Assembly: GCA_963933835.1 (NCBI GenBank)
Contig: CAWVVV010000002.1
Span: 96,001-160,000 of the forward strand
Length of the DNA stretch: 64,000 nt
Source of the DNA: an uncultured Puniceicoccaceae bacterium
GTDB lineage: Bacteria; Verrucomicrobiota; Verrucomicrobiia; Opitutales; Oceanipulchritudinaceae
Direction of reading: 5' to 3'
Below the pieces are notes generated by a model that saw only the letters and a program-made list of their open reading frames with translations, made no database searches and had not been told where the DNA came from. Shown here in pieces: positions 10,511 through 21,215 of this stretch (position 1 is its first letter; the number at the start of each line of letters is the position of its first letter). Position numbers and translations under genes: made by a program.

Positions 10511-12647
10511 ACCCCTGTCCCTCTTTCCACACCTCAATTACCTTTAGAAAGGTCGGTCCGACGGTCTTTGCTTTGCCTGGGCCGATGCCAGGAAGGAGCT
10601 GGGCCTCGGCTTTTGTTTTAGGCCGGTTAATCGCGAGTGCTTCGAGGGAGCGGTTGGTTAGAATCGTGTAGGCGGGCACGTTGCCACGGGCTTTCGCGAG
10701 CTGGGCACGTTTGCCCTTCAGGGCATCGATCAGGCTCTTGTCGATATCGCCATCGAACTGAAACGCCTTGCGACTGCTGGAACGGGTGCTTTTGGGGGCC
10801 TTCTTCCCGCGTGGCTCTACAGGCCAGACGAGCTCGGGCTTTAACTTTCCAAACATGACCGCCCCACCCATTGTTGTGAGGGTGACCATTGGACGGTTTC
10901 CGCCCGTTGTCATAACAAACCCAGCACGCAAGCAGGCGTCATACAGCTCCCTGATAAAGGCAAGTCCCTCCGGAGAAAGAATCCCGTAGGTCGAAAGTTT
11001 ATTGAGTCCAAATTGCGCCATTTTCTGGTCCGTGCTGCCGGCCAACATCTGTAGGATAAGGCCTTTGCCAAAGCGAGGCACCCAATCCTCACCGCTGCGC
11101 TCACTCATGCGCGCAATGCCACTCAGCAGCTTGCGCGCAGTCTGCGTCTCGGCGTCGGTCAAGACCCGCACCTTTACGTCGGTCGTTGCCCTGCACTCAT
11201 CGCAATGATGACAGGGCTCTGGATCTTCTTCACCAAAGTAGCGACGTATCCAGATTTGACGACATTCGAGCGCCCCTGAAAAAGCGATCATGGAGTCAAG
11301 TTTACTTCGATCGCGTCGCTCTTTTTCATTTAAAGCGGCTTCATCGAGCGCGAGTTTAAAGGGCAATATTTCCGGCTTTACGAGGCGAGTGCCACGCATG
11401 CGCTCACCAGGGATGTCGAAGCGCTCCAGAACCCCGAGATCACTCAAGGTTTTGAGCGCCGCGCCCACCGCCATGCCATTCTTGCTCCCAACCGCCTCGC
11501 TTAGATCCTGAATCGTAAGGCGCACTTCTTTGGCTTCATCGGCTATTTCGAGGAGCTGGCCATAAACACTGCGGATGAATTCCGGTGTCGGGTTTGCCCC
11601 ATCGATGAAGAAATCCTGCGTCCGGCGATCGGCGTAGTTATAAAATAAGACACACTTCGAAGGCAGACCATCGCGGCCCGCGCGGCCCGCTTCTTGATAA
11701 AATGCTTCCACGCTCCCAGGCAGCTCGAAGTGAGCGACAAACCGTAGATCCGCTCGATCGATACCCATCCCAAAGGCATTTGTAGCGACGGCGACATCAA
11801 CGCGCTTCGAGATGAATTGGTTCTGCAGATCTTCCCGCTGCTCATCACCCAGTCCTCCATGATAAGCGACATGAGAGACGTCCCACTCAGCCAGATGTTT
11901 CGAGACCTCCTCCACCCGCTTGCGCGTCGCACAGTAAATGATGCCGGTTTTTTGCTGTCCAATCAGGCGACTCAACTGGGCAAACTTATCTGCCCTCTTC
12001 GCCACATCGCGCACTTCGAAATTCAGATTCGGGCGCCCAAATCCACTGATAAAGATCGCGGGGTCCTTCAGGTCGAGAAAGCGTTTGATATCCTCCTGTA
12101 CCTCGGGTGTGGCCGTCGCCGTAAATGCACTCACGGGCGGGCGTCCTATCGCCTCGAGTCTCTCGCCAACACGCAGGTAATCCGGACGAAAATCATGTCC
12201 CCACTGAGATACACAGTGCGCTTCATCGACCGCGACGAAGCTGATTTTGACCCGTTTTAATTCTTCGACAAAGCGATGATGGCGAAACCGCTCAGGAGCG
12301 ACGTAAACGAGTTTATAGGCCCCATCGCGCATCCTATCGATCCGCGCGTTCTGCTCTGCGGGCGGCAGACTACTGTTGATAAAGGTCGCTGGAAGTCCGC
12401 GCGCGGTGAGGGCATCAACTTGATCCTTCATCAGCGCGATGAGTGGCGAAATGACCAGTGTCACCCCATCAAGGACGAGCGCGGGCAACTGATAGCAGAG
12501 TGATTTACCCCCGCCCGTCGGCATGATCGCCATTGTGTTACGTCCATCCGCAATCGACTGCACAATTTCCTCCTGCCCCGGCCGAAAAACCTCGAAGCCA
12601 AAATGCTCCGCCAGCGCACTGTGCAAATCTGCTGATTGAATGTTCAC
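10509..12647 (-). CDS. recQ: ATP-dependent DNA helicase, RecQ family, with HRDC domain
   Basis: 'PTGGGKSLCYQLP', 'VDEAHCVSQWGHDFRP', 'TATA', 'QEAGRAGRDG', zinc Cys cluster, C-terminal HRDC. Confidence 0.95.
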   Translation of the reverse strand: MNIQSADLHSALAEHFGFEVFRPGQEEIVQSIADGRNTMAIMPTGGGKSLCYQLPALVLDGVTLVISPLIALMKDQVDALTARGLPATFINSSLPPAEQNARIDRMRDGAYKLVYVAPERFRHHRFVEELKRVKISFVAVDEAHCVSQWGHDFRPDYLRVGERLEAIGRPPVSAFTATATPEVQEDIKRFLDLKDPAIFISGFGRPNLNFEVRDVAKRADKFAQLSRLIGQQKTGIIYCATRKRVEEVSKHLAEWDVSHVAYHGGLGDEQREDLQNQFISKRVDVAVATNAFGMGIDRADLRFVAHFELPGSVEAFYQEAGRAGRDGLPSKCVLFYNYADRRTQDFFIDGANPTPEFIRSVYGQLLEIADEAKEVRLTIQDLSEAVGSKNGMAVGAALKTLSDLGVLERFDIPGERMRGTRLVKPEILPFKLALDEAALNEKERRDRSKLDSMIAFSGALECRQIWIRRYFGEEDPEPCHHCDECRATTDVKVRVLTDAETQTARKLLSGIARMSERSGEDWVPRFGKGLILQMLAGSTDQKMAQFGLNKLSTYGILSPEGLAFIRELYDACLRAGFVMTTGGNRPMVTLTTMGGAVMFGKLKPELVWPVEPRGKKAPKSTRSSSRKAFQFDGDIDKSLIDALKGKRAQLAKARGNVPAYTILTNRSLEALAINRPKTKAEAQLLPGIGPGKAKTVGPTFLKVIEVWKEGQG

Positions 12648-12979
12648 TAATAGTAAGGAGTGCAGTCAGCTCGATGGATGCAAAACGTAAAGACGCCTTA
12701 TCGCCTTGATTGGCTCTAGGCTTCATTTTCCCAGCGGCTTTTTCATCTAAAAGTGCCTTGGTAAAGCCTAGCAATACCTCCAAGGCGGGATAACACTAGA
12801 GAAACCCTCACCATTCCAACTATTACAGCGGGGGGATGGGTCGATTTATGGAGTGAACCTTTTTGAAAGCTTCAAAGGCAAATCGAACCCCATAAAGCAT
12901 TGAGTCCTCAGCGCATGAACCCACACAACCGCCGACATCAGTATTGCACCCTTCGGACGCAGGGAATGCTTCACAGCGA

Positions 12980-15900
12980 ATGAAGTTTGATGACGAAGAG
13001 GGGTTGCTAAAGCGGATCGGGAGCGTCCTAAACGCGTTCCGGCCCGATTGTACGATCATCCGAGGCCGACACTTGACGGGTCAAAGAATCACCTTTCTTC
13101 GATGCGGAGGGACGCATCCGGTCGAAAATAGATTCTTCATCGGTAAAATCCTGAGTGAGCTCGATGAGGAGCGACCCATCGGCAAAATTCCGTTCTGGCG
13201 CCTTAGGAAAATCGCCAAGGAGGCCAAGGTTGATTTCACCCTGATCCACCTCGATCAAGCGCTCGCGTGGGCGGCCGAAACGCTCATCAAACGCGCTGGA
13301 TCCGAAGTCTTCCGAACCCCCCTTTTCCTCGAAACCGTCGTCGATCTCAGCGACGAGAAAAAGTTGCTTTCGGGGAGTAATTTGAAGCGGGACATCCAAA
13401 GGATTCAGAAAAACGCCTTCTCGATCGAGCGCACTACTGAGCCGGCAGATCTCCTGACTTTCATCCGAAAATTTCGCGATCCATATGTCGCAAAAAGACA
13501 TCCCTTGGATGCGCCCTCCTATCGCTATGATCCAGCCATCTTTACCAAGAAATCATTAGAAGGCAGCGGATTCTCCCTCCTCAAAATAATGCATGAGGGA
13601 CAATGGGTTGCAGGGGAGGTTATCGCCGATTCCTTTCAAGGGCGACCCGCCCTCTGGGAGCTAGGCGTAAAGGACGGGGATACGCATCTAGTAAGGCAAG
13701 GTGCCCTCGCCGCAGCCTATTGGCTGAGTATCGAGTTTCTGATCCAGCAAGGCGCCCAGTCCGTGTCCTTCGCTCGTATGCGCCCTTACATCAACGAAGG
13801 GGTCTTGAAATATAAATCCAAGTTCAAGCCAACGGTGACAAACAACTCATCACGGCGAGTGCTGATCGTCCCCAATCTCTCTTCGCGGATCACACGTGAT
13901 GTCCTTGTCGAAGAGCCTTTCATCATCGAAGAAGGCGGAAAACTAATCCCGCTCGGTTTCAGTAAAAGCCACTGCGTATCTGATGGACTTGAACCGCACT
14001 CCGTCGCCCTTCACCGATATAAAAATCTCGAAGCGGCTCGCCTGATAAAGTTGCCCGAAAACACCTCTACGACAAATTCAGCTCAGCCCTCCCAGCGGAC
14101 ACCCGCCTCTACCCATAGCGACTACCCGCGCGATAAATGTATCCACGATCTATTCTGCGAAAATGCTCTCCAGCACCTTGATCAGGCGGCAGTTCGATAC
14201 GAAGAGGAGATTTTAAGCTATGCGCACTTACTCGAATCCTCTGAGCGCTTAGCTCAAAATCTCCGCCAGAACGGAATCGGCAATTCCGATGTCGTAGCTG
14301 TCTGTGCAGATCGCTCGCTCCATTTGCCGACATGGGTTCTCGGTGTCCTCCGAAGTGGTGCGGCCTATTTGCCCCTCGATCCGGCACTGCCAAGCGAGCG
14401 CTTACAATTCATGCTCAAGGATGCGGGTGCACGTGCACTCATCGTTGATGAAAAAACCAAAGAGCTTTTCAAGGGGGCCACGCTCCCTTGCCCATTAATC
14501 GTGGGTTCCAAAGCTATCTCAAGAGAGTCAAACTCCGACGCGTCGGTGCTTCCAAACGACACCACTTCGTCTGACCTTGCCTATATCATTTACACCTCTG
14601 GATCAACTGGGCTCCCCAAAGGAGTCGAGATCGAACACCGCAACATCGTTAACTTAGTATGGGACATGAAAGAACGCTTAGGCCTCCGTCAGAAGGAGAG
14701 CGTTCTCTCCATCGGATCCTTCGCCTTTGATGTCACTCTGCCCGATTGGTTTTGGGCGTTCCTTACCGGAGGAACCGTCATCATTGCCGATGAACAATCA
14801 ATTAAGGACCCAGCGCGCCTTGTCCCATTGATTTCCAAACATCGACCGACTCACATCCAAGCGACACCCGGCACGTGGGAAATGCTTCTAAAAGTCGGAT
14901 TGCCAAGCTACCGACCACTGCGACTCGTAACGACAGGAGAACATGTCGGCGAAGCCCTACGGGAACGCCTCCGGAATCTTTCAGATGAAGTGTGGAACCT
15001 CTACGGCCCGACTGAAACGACGGTCTGGTCTTCAGCTTGCCACCTCGGCCACGACCACTCGGCCGAATCAATCGGAACCCCGATTGCCAACACGCAGTTC
15101 CACATCGTCGGCGACAATGGCCAACCCGCATCTGATAACGAGCGAGGCGAATTATGGATTGGCGGTGAAGGCGTCGCTCGAGGTTATCTAAGCCGTATCG
15201 AATTAACCGATGAGCGCTTCGTCACTCCCGATTGGGCACCCGGGCGACTCTACAGAACGGGCGATCTCGTCGAATGGAATCCCGAAGGCGGTGTCCGCTA
15301 CCTTGGCCGAATTGATGACCAAGTAAAAATCCGAGGCTACCGCATCGAACTCGGAGAAATCGACGCAAAGCTTTCTGAGCACTCCGATGTGCAAGTCAGC
15401 CAAACGCTATTGGTCGAAGGAGAACACAGCCCCCGCCTCGTCAGCTTTGTTGTCCCAAAAAGTAACGACACTGACCCGAAGGATTGGAAAACGTTTCTTC
15501 TTAGCGAGCTCCCAGCCTACATGGTGCCGGCCCGCTTCATCCCACTCAAAGCGCTGCCACTCACTCCGAACGGAAAGATCGATCGCAAAGCGCTCCAAGC
15601 ACACCTGAAAACAACCCCTGACGGCTCGGTGAAAACGAAACTGAACGCCTTAGAGCGGAAGGTCGCTAATGTTTGGAGGAGCGTACTCAAGGGGCCCCAG
15701 ATCACGTCTACGGATACGTTTTGGGATCTGGGCGGAGACTCTCTCTCGGCCGTCCATATGCTCTTGGAGTTGAAGCAACGCCTTGGACTGGAAGTCCCTT
15801 ATGAACGCCTCTCTGAGAACCCGACCCTGAGTGAGTTTTGCGCTTTCTGCACTCAGCGAAAGAAGGCACCTCAGCGGCTGCGAAGCCTCCGCTCCGGTAG

Positions 15901-16717
15901 CGACCCAGTGGCCACCCCCATCCTCTTCACCCACGGGCACAACTTCTGTAACACCATCGACGAGCTCAGCCCCGTTATACATAGCCTCGACGCTTTCCAT
16001 CCGATCTGGGGCCTGAGCGGTCATGGCGAAGACGGGCGGTGCTGGAGCTATCAGACGCTCCCCGATATGGCGGCCGAAGCACTTGAGCTTATTAAAGGTG
16101 CCCTTCCTCCCCAACGCATCATTCTTGCAGGCTACTGCATCGGTGGGCTACTGGCCTACGAACTCGCGAAACAACTATCCGAGGCAGGCTACGAGATCGA
16201 GCATGTCATCATGATCGATACGGCGACACCTGAATTGCGCAATACCTCCATCGCTGAAGGCACCCTTCAGCGTCGCCAAGAGCTCAAGGACGGCCTGCGC
16301 CACCGCTCTTTGTCCACCCTCATCGAACGCATCATCACCCGCGTGAAGTTTGAACGGAAATACTTCCAAAACTCATTTTGGCGTCATGTAGCACCTTTCT
16401 GGATACGTTTTTCACCACTCCCATCTCAAGCACGCACACCTTACTATCAATCGATCCAATCAGCCGCCTTCACCAGCTATGAACCTGGGAAACTCGATGC
16501 ACCGGTTCACCTCATAAAGACGGATCAAAACAGCTGGCCACCTGATTACGGATGGGGACCGCATTGCCCACAGATCGAAGAGAGCTTTCTCAGCGCCCCC
16601 CCCCATCACGAAATGGTCTCAAAAGAGCAAGCCCCTCGGCTTGCGAAACATATTCCCATCGTTCTAAAAGCGAACAACTTAGAACAATGCCGCCCTAATA
16701 GCGTAGTGGTGGGGTAA
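12980..16717 (+). CDS. Stand-alone NRPS-like protein: GNAT-like N-terminal domain + adenylation + PCP + thioesterase
   Basis: A-domain cores 'YTSGSTGLPKGV', 'NLYGPTE', 'GELWIGGEGVARGY', 'YRTGD', 'GRIDDQVKIRGYRIELGEI', 'NGKIDR'; PCP 'LGGDSL'; TE 'GYCIGG'; ATG 12980 preferred to TTG 12944. Confidence 0.9.
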   Translation: MKFDDEEGLLKRIGSVLNAFRPDCTIIRGRHLTGQRITFLRCGGTHPVENRFFIGKILSELDEERPIGKIPFWRLRKIAKEAKVDFTLIHLDQALAWAAETLIKRAGSEVFRTPLFLETVVDLSDEKKLLSGSNLKRDIQRIQKNAFSIERTTEPADLLTFIRKFRDPYVAKRHPLDAPSYRYDPAIFTKKSLEGSGFSLLKIMHEGQWVAGEVIADSFQGRPALWELGVKDGDTHLVRQGALAAAYWLSIEFLIQQGAQSVSFARMRPYINEGVLKYKSKFKPTVTNNSSRRVLIVPNLSSRITRDVLVEEPFIIEEGGKLIPLGFSKSHCVSDGLEPHSVALHRYKNLEAARLIKLPENTSTTNSAQPSQRTPASTHSDYPRDKCIHDLFCENALQHLDQAAVRYEEEILSYAHLLESSERLAQNLRQNGIGNSDVVAVCADRSLHLPTWVLGVLRSGAAYLPLDPALPSERLQFMLKDAGARALIVDEKTKELFKGATLPCPLIVGSKAISRESNSDASVLPNDTTSSDLAYIIYTSGSTGLPKGVEIEHRNIVNLVWDMKERLGLRQKESVLSIGSFAFDVTLPDWFWAFLTGGTVIIADEQSIKDPARLVPLISKHRPTHIQATPGTWEMLLKVGLPSYRPLRLVTTGEHVGEALRERLRNLSDEVWNLYGPTETTVWSSACHLGHDHSAESIGTPIANTQFHIVGDNGQPASDNERGELWIGGEGVARGYLSRIELTDERFVTPDWAPGRLYRTGDLVEWNPEGGVRYLGRIDDQVKIRGYRIELGEIDAKLSEHSDVQVSQTLLVEGEHSPRLVSFVVPKSNDTDPKDWKTFLLSELPAYMVPARFIPLKALPLTPNGKIDRKALQAHLKTTPDGSVKTKLNALERKVANVWRSVLKGPQITSTDTFWDLGGDSLSAVHMLLELKQRLGLEVPYERLSENPTLSEFCAFCTQRKKAPQRLRSLRSGSDPVATPILFTHGHNFCNTIDELSPVIHSLDAFHPIWGLSGHGEDGRCWSYQTLPDMAAEALELIKGALPPQRIILAGYCIGGLLAYELAKQLSEAGYEIEHVIMIDTATPELRNTSIAEGTLQRRQELKDGLRHRSLSTLIERIITRVKFERKYFQNSFWRHVAPFWIRFSPLPSQARTPYYQSIQSAAFTSYEPGKLDAPVHLIKTDQNSWPPDYGWGPHCPQIEESFLSAPPHHEMVSKEQAPRLAKHIPIVLKANNLEQCRPNSVVVG

Positions 16718-16777
16718 TCTTGCTGAATGAATAGCGGTGCATCAGGTCAGGTTGTGCTCGAATACGGGCGCCATCAC

Positions 16778-18142
16778 TCAGCGGACATCGAGATCGGGCC
16801 ACTGCGCGAGTTTTCGGTGCAGGGTGCGGCGGGACATGCCGAGGAGTTTTGCGGCCTGAGTTCGGTTGCCTTTTGCCTCGACGAGGGCGTTACGCAGGAG
16901 GCGCTTTTCGTTCTCTTCGACGGAGAGCGGATTCTGAGCAAAGCTTGAATTTTCCGAACCGACCTTACCCATCGGATCGAGAAACTTGGGATCGAGATCG
17001 TACTCGGTGAGCTTTCCGCCGCGCTTCATCACGATGATGTTTTCAGCGAAGTTACGCAGCTCACGAATGTTACCCGGCCAGCGGTATTGCTCGAGGGCAT
17101 GCATCGCCTTGGCATCAAGTTCGAGCGGCTCGGTGTCATTTTCCTCGGCGTAGATGTCGATGAAGTGGCGGACGAGAAGCGGGATGTCGTCAACACGAGC
17201 GCGCAGTGGCGGCATGTCGAGGGTGACGACGTTGAGCCGATAAAGGAGATCGTCTCGAAAGGTGCCTTTCTTCGCCATATCGACGAGGTCTCGGTTCGTC
17301 GCTGCGACGAGGCGCACATCAACTTTGATCGTCTTGGTGCTGCCAAGGCGTTCGAAGCTTCGGGTCTCGAGAAAACGCAGAAGCTTCACCTGAGTGGACG
17401 CATCGATTTCGCCAATTTCATCGAGAAAGAGGGTGCCACCATCCGCCGCCTCGAAGCGACCGATGCGACGCTCATTCGCTCCCGTAAAAGCCCCACGCTC
17501 GTGTCCGAAGAGCTCGCTTTCAAGCAGACTGGCCGAAAGCGCAGCGGCGTGGACAGGCACAAATGGACCGCGATTGCGGTCACTGTTCTGGTGGATCGAC
17601 TGAGCGATGAGCTCCTTGCCCGTTCCCGTTTCTCCTTCGATAAGAACGGAGGCACGTGACGGAGCGACCCGCTTTACTTTTTCGATAACATCTTCGAGCG
17701 CCTTCGAGCCGCCAATGATACCCTCGAAGCTAAACTTGCGGTCAAGGCGCTCCTGAAGCTCAACGACGACTTTCTCGGTCGTGCGTGATCTGAGCGCACG
17801 CTGGATCAGCAGTTCCAGCTTCTCGATGTTTACCGGCTTGGTCAGAAAATCATAGGCCCCGCGCTTCATCGCTTCTACCGCGGTCTCCACGTTCCCATAG
17901 GCCGTCATCATGATGACGATGGGGGCGTGAGGCAGCGCAATGACCTTGTCGATGACCTTCATCCCGCTTTCACCGGTCATTCGAAGGTCTGTCAGGACGA
18001 TATCAAAGCGCTCAGACTCGAAGAGGTTGAAGGCCTCATCGGCGTTCGCCGCGAGGTAAACGTCATAGGTGTCTTCAAGCGCGAGATAGAGCCCTTCACG
18101 GGTGTGTTTCTCGTCGTCAACAATAAGCAAACTGGCTGGCAT
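16778..18142 (-). CDS. Sigma-54-dependent response regulator (NtrC/AtoC family)
   Basis: Receiver 'VDDE...TDLRM', AAA+ 'GETGTGKE', 'GAFTGA', 'WPGNIREL', Fis HTH. Confidence 0.95.
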   Translation of the reverse strand: MPASLLIVDDEKHTREGLYLALEDTYDVYLAANADEAFNLFESERFDIVLTDLRMTGESGMKVIDKVIALPHAPIVIMMTAYGNVETAVEAMKRGAYDFLTKPVNIEKLELLIQRALRSRTTEKVVVELQERLDRKFSFEGIIGGSKALEDVIEKVKRVAPSRASVLIEGETGTGKELIAQSIHQNSDRNRGPFVPVHAAALSASLLESELFGHERGAFTGANERRIGRFEAADGGTLFLDEIGEIDASTQVKLLRFLETRSFERLGSTKTIKVDVRLVAATNRDLVDMAKKGTFRDDLLYRLNVVTLDMPPLRARVDDIPLLVRHFIDIYAEENDTEPLELDAKAMHALEQYRWPGNIRELRNFAENIIVMKRGGKLTEYDLDPKFLDPMGKVGSENSSFAQNPLSVEENEKRLLRNALVEAKGNRTQAAKLLGMSRRTLHRKLAQWPDLDVR

Positions 18143-18231
18143 GGAGAGTATGGTGCGACATTATGGCTCATTTACAAGCCAAGAATAGAGAGGCCTCAAC
18201 ATTGAGACATTCAGGCGCTAAAGCGCTACTC

Positions 18232-18738
18232 CTAAAAGGCGACTAGCCACTCTGACGGGGCATCGCCCATCTCGACCATTGCTTCGATAAACCCTTGAGC
18301 AGAAGCAGGATCTGAATGATACCAAACCGCGAGCAGACCTAGAAAAACATCTGGCTGCTGTCGAGCGTTGCCGACCTGCTCCTGGACCAGAGCCGCGGTC
18401 TTAACCTCCCCAACAACGCGGAAAAAGCGCTCGGTTAAAACACGGCGAGACGCGGCATCAGGCAGTGCCGCTAGCGCCACGATCACCGCATCGAGCTGAG
18501 CGGGGTGACGATCCTGTGGCCGGTAAGAGTAAAGCAGGCCCCAATCCAAGGGCTCTCCGACGAGCTGCTCAAAAAGCGCCTGCGCCTCGCGCTCAGATGA
18601 CTTCAGCCCGGATTCGGCACCCGATCCGGGTTCAGCGTGGAAAGCAAAGGCTGAAAAAAGTCCCATCGTGTAAACGACACCCAGCGAGAGAAGCCAAGTG
18701 ATGCCCAGAACGATTGGAGTCATAGTAGATCTTTTCAT
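18232..18738 (-). CDS. Hypothetical membrane-anchored protein
   Basis: N-terminal hydrophobic helix; 4-nt overlap with the upstream gene. Confidence 0.65.
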   Translation of the reverse strand: MKRSTMTPIVLGITWLLSLGVVYTMGLFSAFAFHAEPGSGAESGLKSSEREAQALFEQLVGEPLDWGLLYSYRPQDRHPAQLDAVIVALAALPDAASRRVLTERFFRVVGEVKTAALVQEQVGNARQQPDVFLGLLAVWYHSDPASAQGFIEAMVEMGDAPSEWLVAF

Positions 18739-19223
18739 GATGCCTCGGGTGGAGTGAAGAAGCCAGGGATCCGGCCTTCGTCGAAATCGATCAAATCGCA
18801 GACGGATTTGATTTCACCGATTTTACTGGCGCACCCCATCGCGGCGAGAGCGTCGCCAAGGAATTCAGCCCCGGCCTCGGTCATGCCTTTTTGCACCACT
18901 TCGCGGTTCCACTTGATCACCTGCACGTCATCGGGAAACAGCTCAAGAAGCGCAGTGGCGAGAGCAGCATCGTCGTCTCCAGCAGCCTCCACCGCGGCTA
19001 GGACAGCCTTTGGTTCGACATCCAGATGCATGCAAAGAAAACGATCAAAGCCACGGCAAAAGTTCTTTTGGTAGCTCTTTGGCAGCCCACCTTTGAGCGA
19101 TAGCCGACACTTAGCGATGAAGCGCGGCAGGTGGAGCAGACCTGTCGCGGCGTGCGGCAGGTAAGGCGAAGGAAGATACCAAGCGACCTCTCCAGTAGAT
19201 CCTTGAATGGGTTGATCTGACAT
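18735..19223 (-). CDS. DUF5069-like protein
   Basis: 'PSPY...GLLHLPRFIAKCRL...G.LP..Y...GFDRF' and terminal 'DLIDFDEGR'; start moved to ATG 19223. Confidence 0.75.
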   Translation of the reverse strand: MSDQPIQGSTGEVAWYLPSPYLPHAATGLLHLPRFIAKCRLSLKGGLPKSYQKNFCRGFDRFLCMHLDVEPKAVLAAVEAAGDDDAALATALLELFPDDVQVIKWNREVVQKGMTEAGAEFLGDALAAMGCASKIGEIKSVCDLIDFDEGRIPGFFTPPEAS

Positions 19224-19363
19224 GGCGAAGAATCGAAACGCCCACCGCCAGAAGCGCGAATTCTTTTTCAACTCAGATCTAGACGAAAACAGACTGACCT
19301 TTGACAGCAGGCGGTGAGCGCGTTGAGTAGACACTGGCCTGCTCAACTTGGCCACCTCCGTTC

Positions 19364-21109
19364 ATGAACACAATTTGGCGCGTCTCTTCCTATCTTTTCA
19401 AACACCGCTTGCTCTTCATCCTCACCCTGACCTTCGCGATCGGGACGGTGGCGATGGAGTTAGCTGTGCCATGGATGGTGCGCTCGATGCTCAACCAGGT
19501 CGAAGCCGAGGCGAATTACTCCCAGCTCTGGATCGGCGCCGGCATCATCGCTCTCCTCTACTTTGGAAGCGCGGTTTTCAACGGCCTACGGATCGCGATC
19601 AACAATACTCTAGAGCAACGGGTCCTCTTGGAAATGCGGCGGGATATCCATCAGAAACTCCTCTGCCTCCCGATCTCATTTTTCGACCAGCGCAAGAGCG
19701 GCGACATCTCTTCCCGCGTGATCGAAGACGTGGCCAGCGTAGAACGCGCCCTGCTCGACGGCACCGAAATGGGCTCTAGGTCGATCGTCACCATCGTTGG
19801 TGTCACCGTCCTGCTTTTCATCCTTAACCCTACCCTCGCGGCCCTAGTTTTCCTCCCCGTTCCACTACTCATTGTCGGAGGATATTACTACGCCAAAGGC
19901 TCACGAAAGGTCTGGAAGCGCGTGCGCGAGGCCGGCGGCGATCTGAACAGCCTTCTCGTAGAAGATATTCAGGGCAATCGCCTCATCCAGACGTTCGGCC
20001 TACAGGCGCGCGAAGGCGCGCGATTCAACAAGCTTGCCCACCTCTACAAGGACCTAAACTTGAGCGCGATGTTTCGCTGGTCGGTCTACAGTCCAACGAC
20101 GAGCATGGTGACAAATCTTGGCTTCGTCGCGATCATTGGCCTCGGCGGTTACTTCATCCTCCAGGGGCAAGCAGGCTTTGGTTTTCCAGACCTTGTCGCG
20201 TTCCTCCTTTACGCCTTTCTCCTCTACGGCCCGATCAGCCAGCTCCATAGCATTAACCATATGATCACGGCAGGGCGGGCATCGGGTGATCGTGTATTTG
20301 AAATCCTAGACGCCCCCGTCGATATCGAAGAGCCAACCAACCCCAAGCCATGGCCCGAAGGCTCGATCGAAATCAAATTCGATAACGTCACCTTTCAGTA
20401 TCCCAGTCGCCCAGAGGTGCTTGAAGACTTCGAGCTCACTCTTCCTGCAGGCAAGGTAACCGCACTCGTAGGACATACTGGCGCGGGCAAGAGTACCGTC
20501 GCAAACCTCACAATGCGCGCCTATGATGCGACAAGCGGCGCAGTCCTGCTCAACGGCGTCGATGTGCGCGAGCTCAGCCTGCATGAGCTACACTCCCAAA
20601 TCGGACACGTTGCTCAAGATCCTTTCCTCTTTGAAGGAAGCGTCGAAGACAATCTGCGCCTCGCCAAAGAAAATGCTACCCTAGAAGAGATTGAAGCAAG
20701 CCTACGCGGTGCCTGCGCGTGGGAATTTGTTCAAGCCCTGCCCGACAAGCTAGATACAAATATCGGTGAAAAGGGCATTGGTCTCTCCCAGGGAGAAAAG
20801 CAACGCCTCACCATCGCCCGTGTTATTTTGAAGAATCCGCCCTTCGTCATACTCGATGAAGCCACTGCGAGTGTGGATACGATAACCGAAAAAGAAATCC
20901 AGACTGCCCTCGAAAATCTCACCGCGCAGCGCACCGTGTTGATTATCGCGCACCGCTTATCGACAGTGCGCAAAGCCGATCAGATCGTCGTGCTCGACCA
21001 TGGGAAGATCATCGAAAAAGGAACCCATGACGAACTCTGCGTCCTCGACCGTCACTACGCGAAACTCTGGAATATTCAGAGTGATTTTATTGTCGAAGAC
21101 ACGGGGTAA
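19364..21109 (+). CDS. ABC exporter, fused permease/ATPase (MsbA-like)
   Basis: TM domain plus 'GHTGAGKS', 'LSQGEKQR', 'ILDEAT', 'IAHRLST'. Confidence 0.95.
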   Translation: MNTIWRVSSYLFKHRLLFILTLTFAIGTVAMELAVPWMVRSMLNQVEAEANYSQLWIGAGIIALLYFGSAVFNGLRIAINNTLEQRVLLEMRRDIHQKLLCLPISFFDQRKSGDISSRVIEDVASVERALLDGTEMGSRSIVTIVGVTVLLFILNPTLAALVFLPVPLLIVGGYYYAKGSRKVWKRVREAGGDLNSLLVEDIQGNRLIQTFGLQAREGARFNKLAHLYKDLNLSAMFRWSVYSPTTSMVTNLGFVAIIGLGGYFILQGQAGFGFPDLVAFLLYAFLLYGPISQLHSINHMITAGRASGDRVFEILDAPVDIEEPTNPKPWPEGSIEIKFDNVTFQYPSRPEVLEDFELTLPAGKVTALVGHTGAGKSTVANLTMRAYDATSGAVLLNGVDVRELSLHELHSQIGHVAQDPFLFEGSVEDNLRLAKENATLEEIEASLRGACAWEFVQALPDKLDTNIGEKGIGLSQGEKQRLTIARVILKNPPFVILDEATASVDTITEKEIQTALENLTAQRTVLIIAHRLSTVRKADQIVVLDHGKIIEKGTHDELCVLDRHYAKLWNIQSDFIVEDTG

Positions 21110-21215
21110 AGCAGAGGCGCAAAGATATTTTCCCTCGCTCCCTATCTATTGATCCTCATTTTGGAGCCTTCATCGGATAAATTCGTCAGTTTTACCTAAA
21201 ATCAACGCGCAACAG

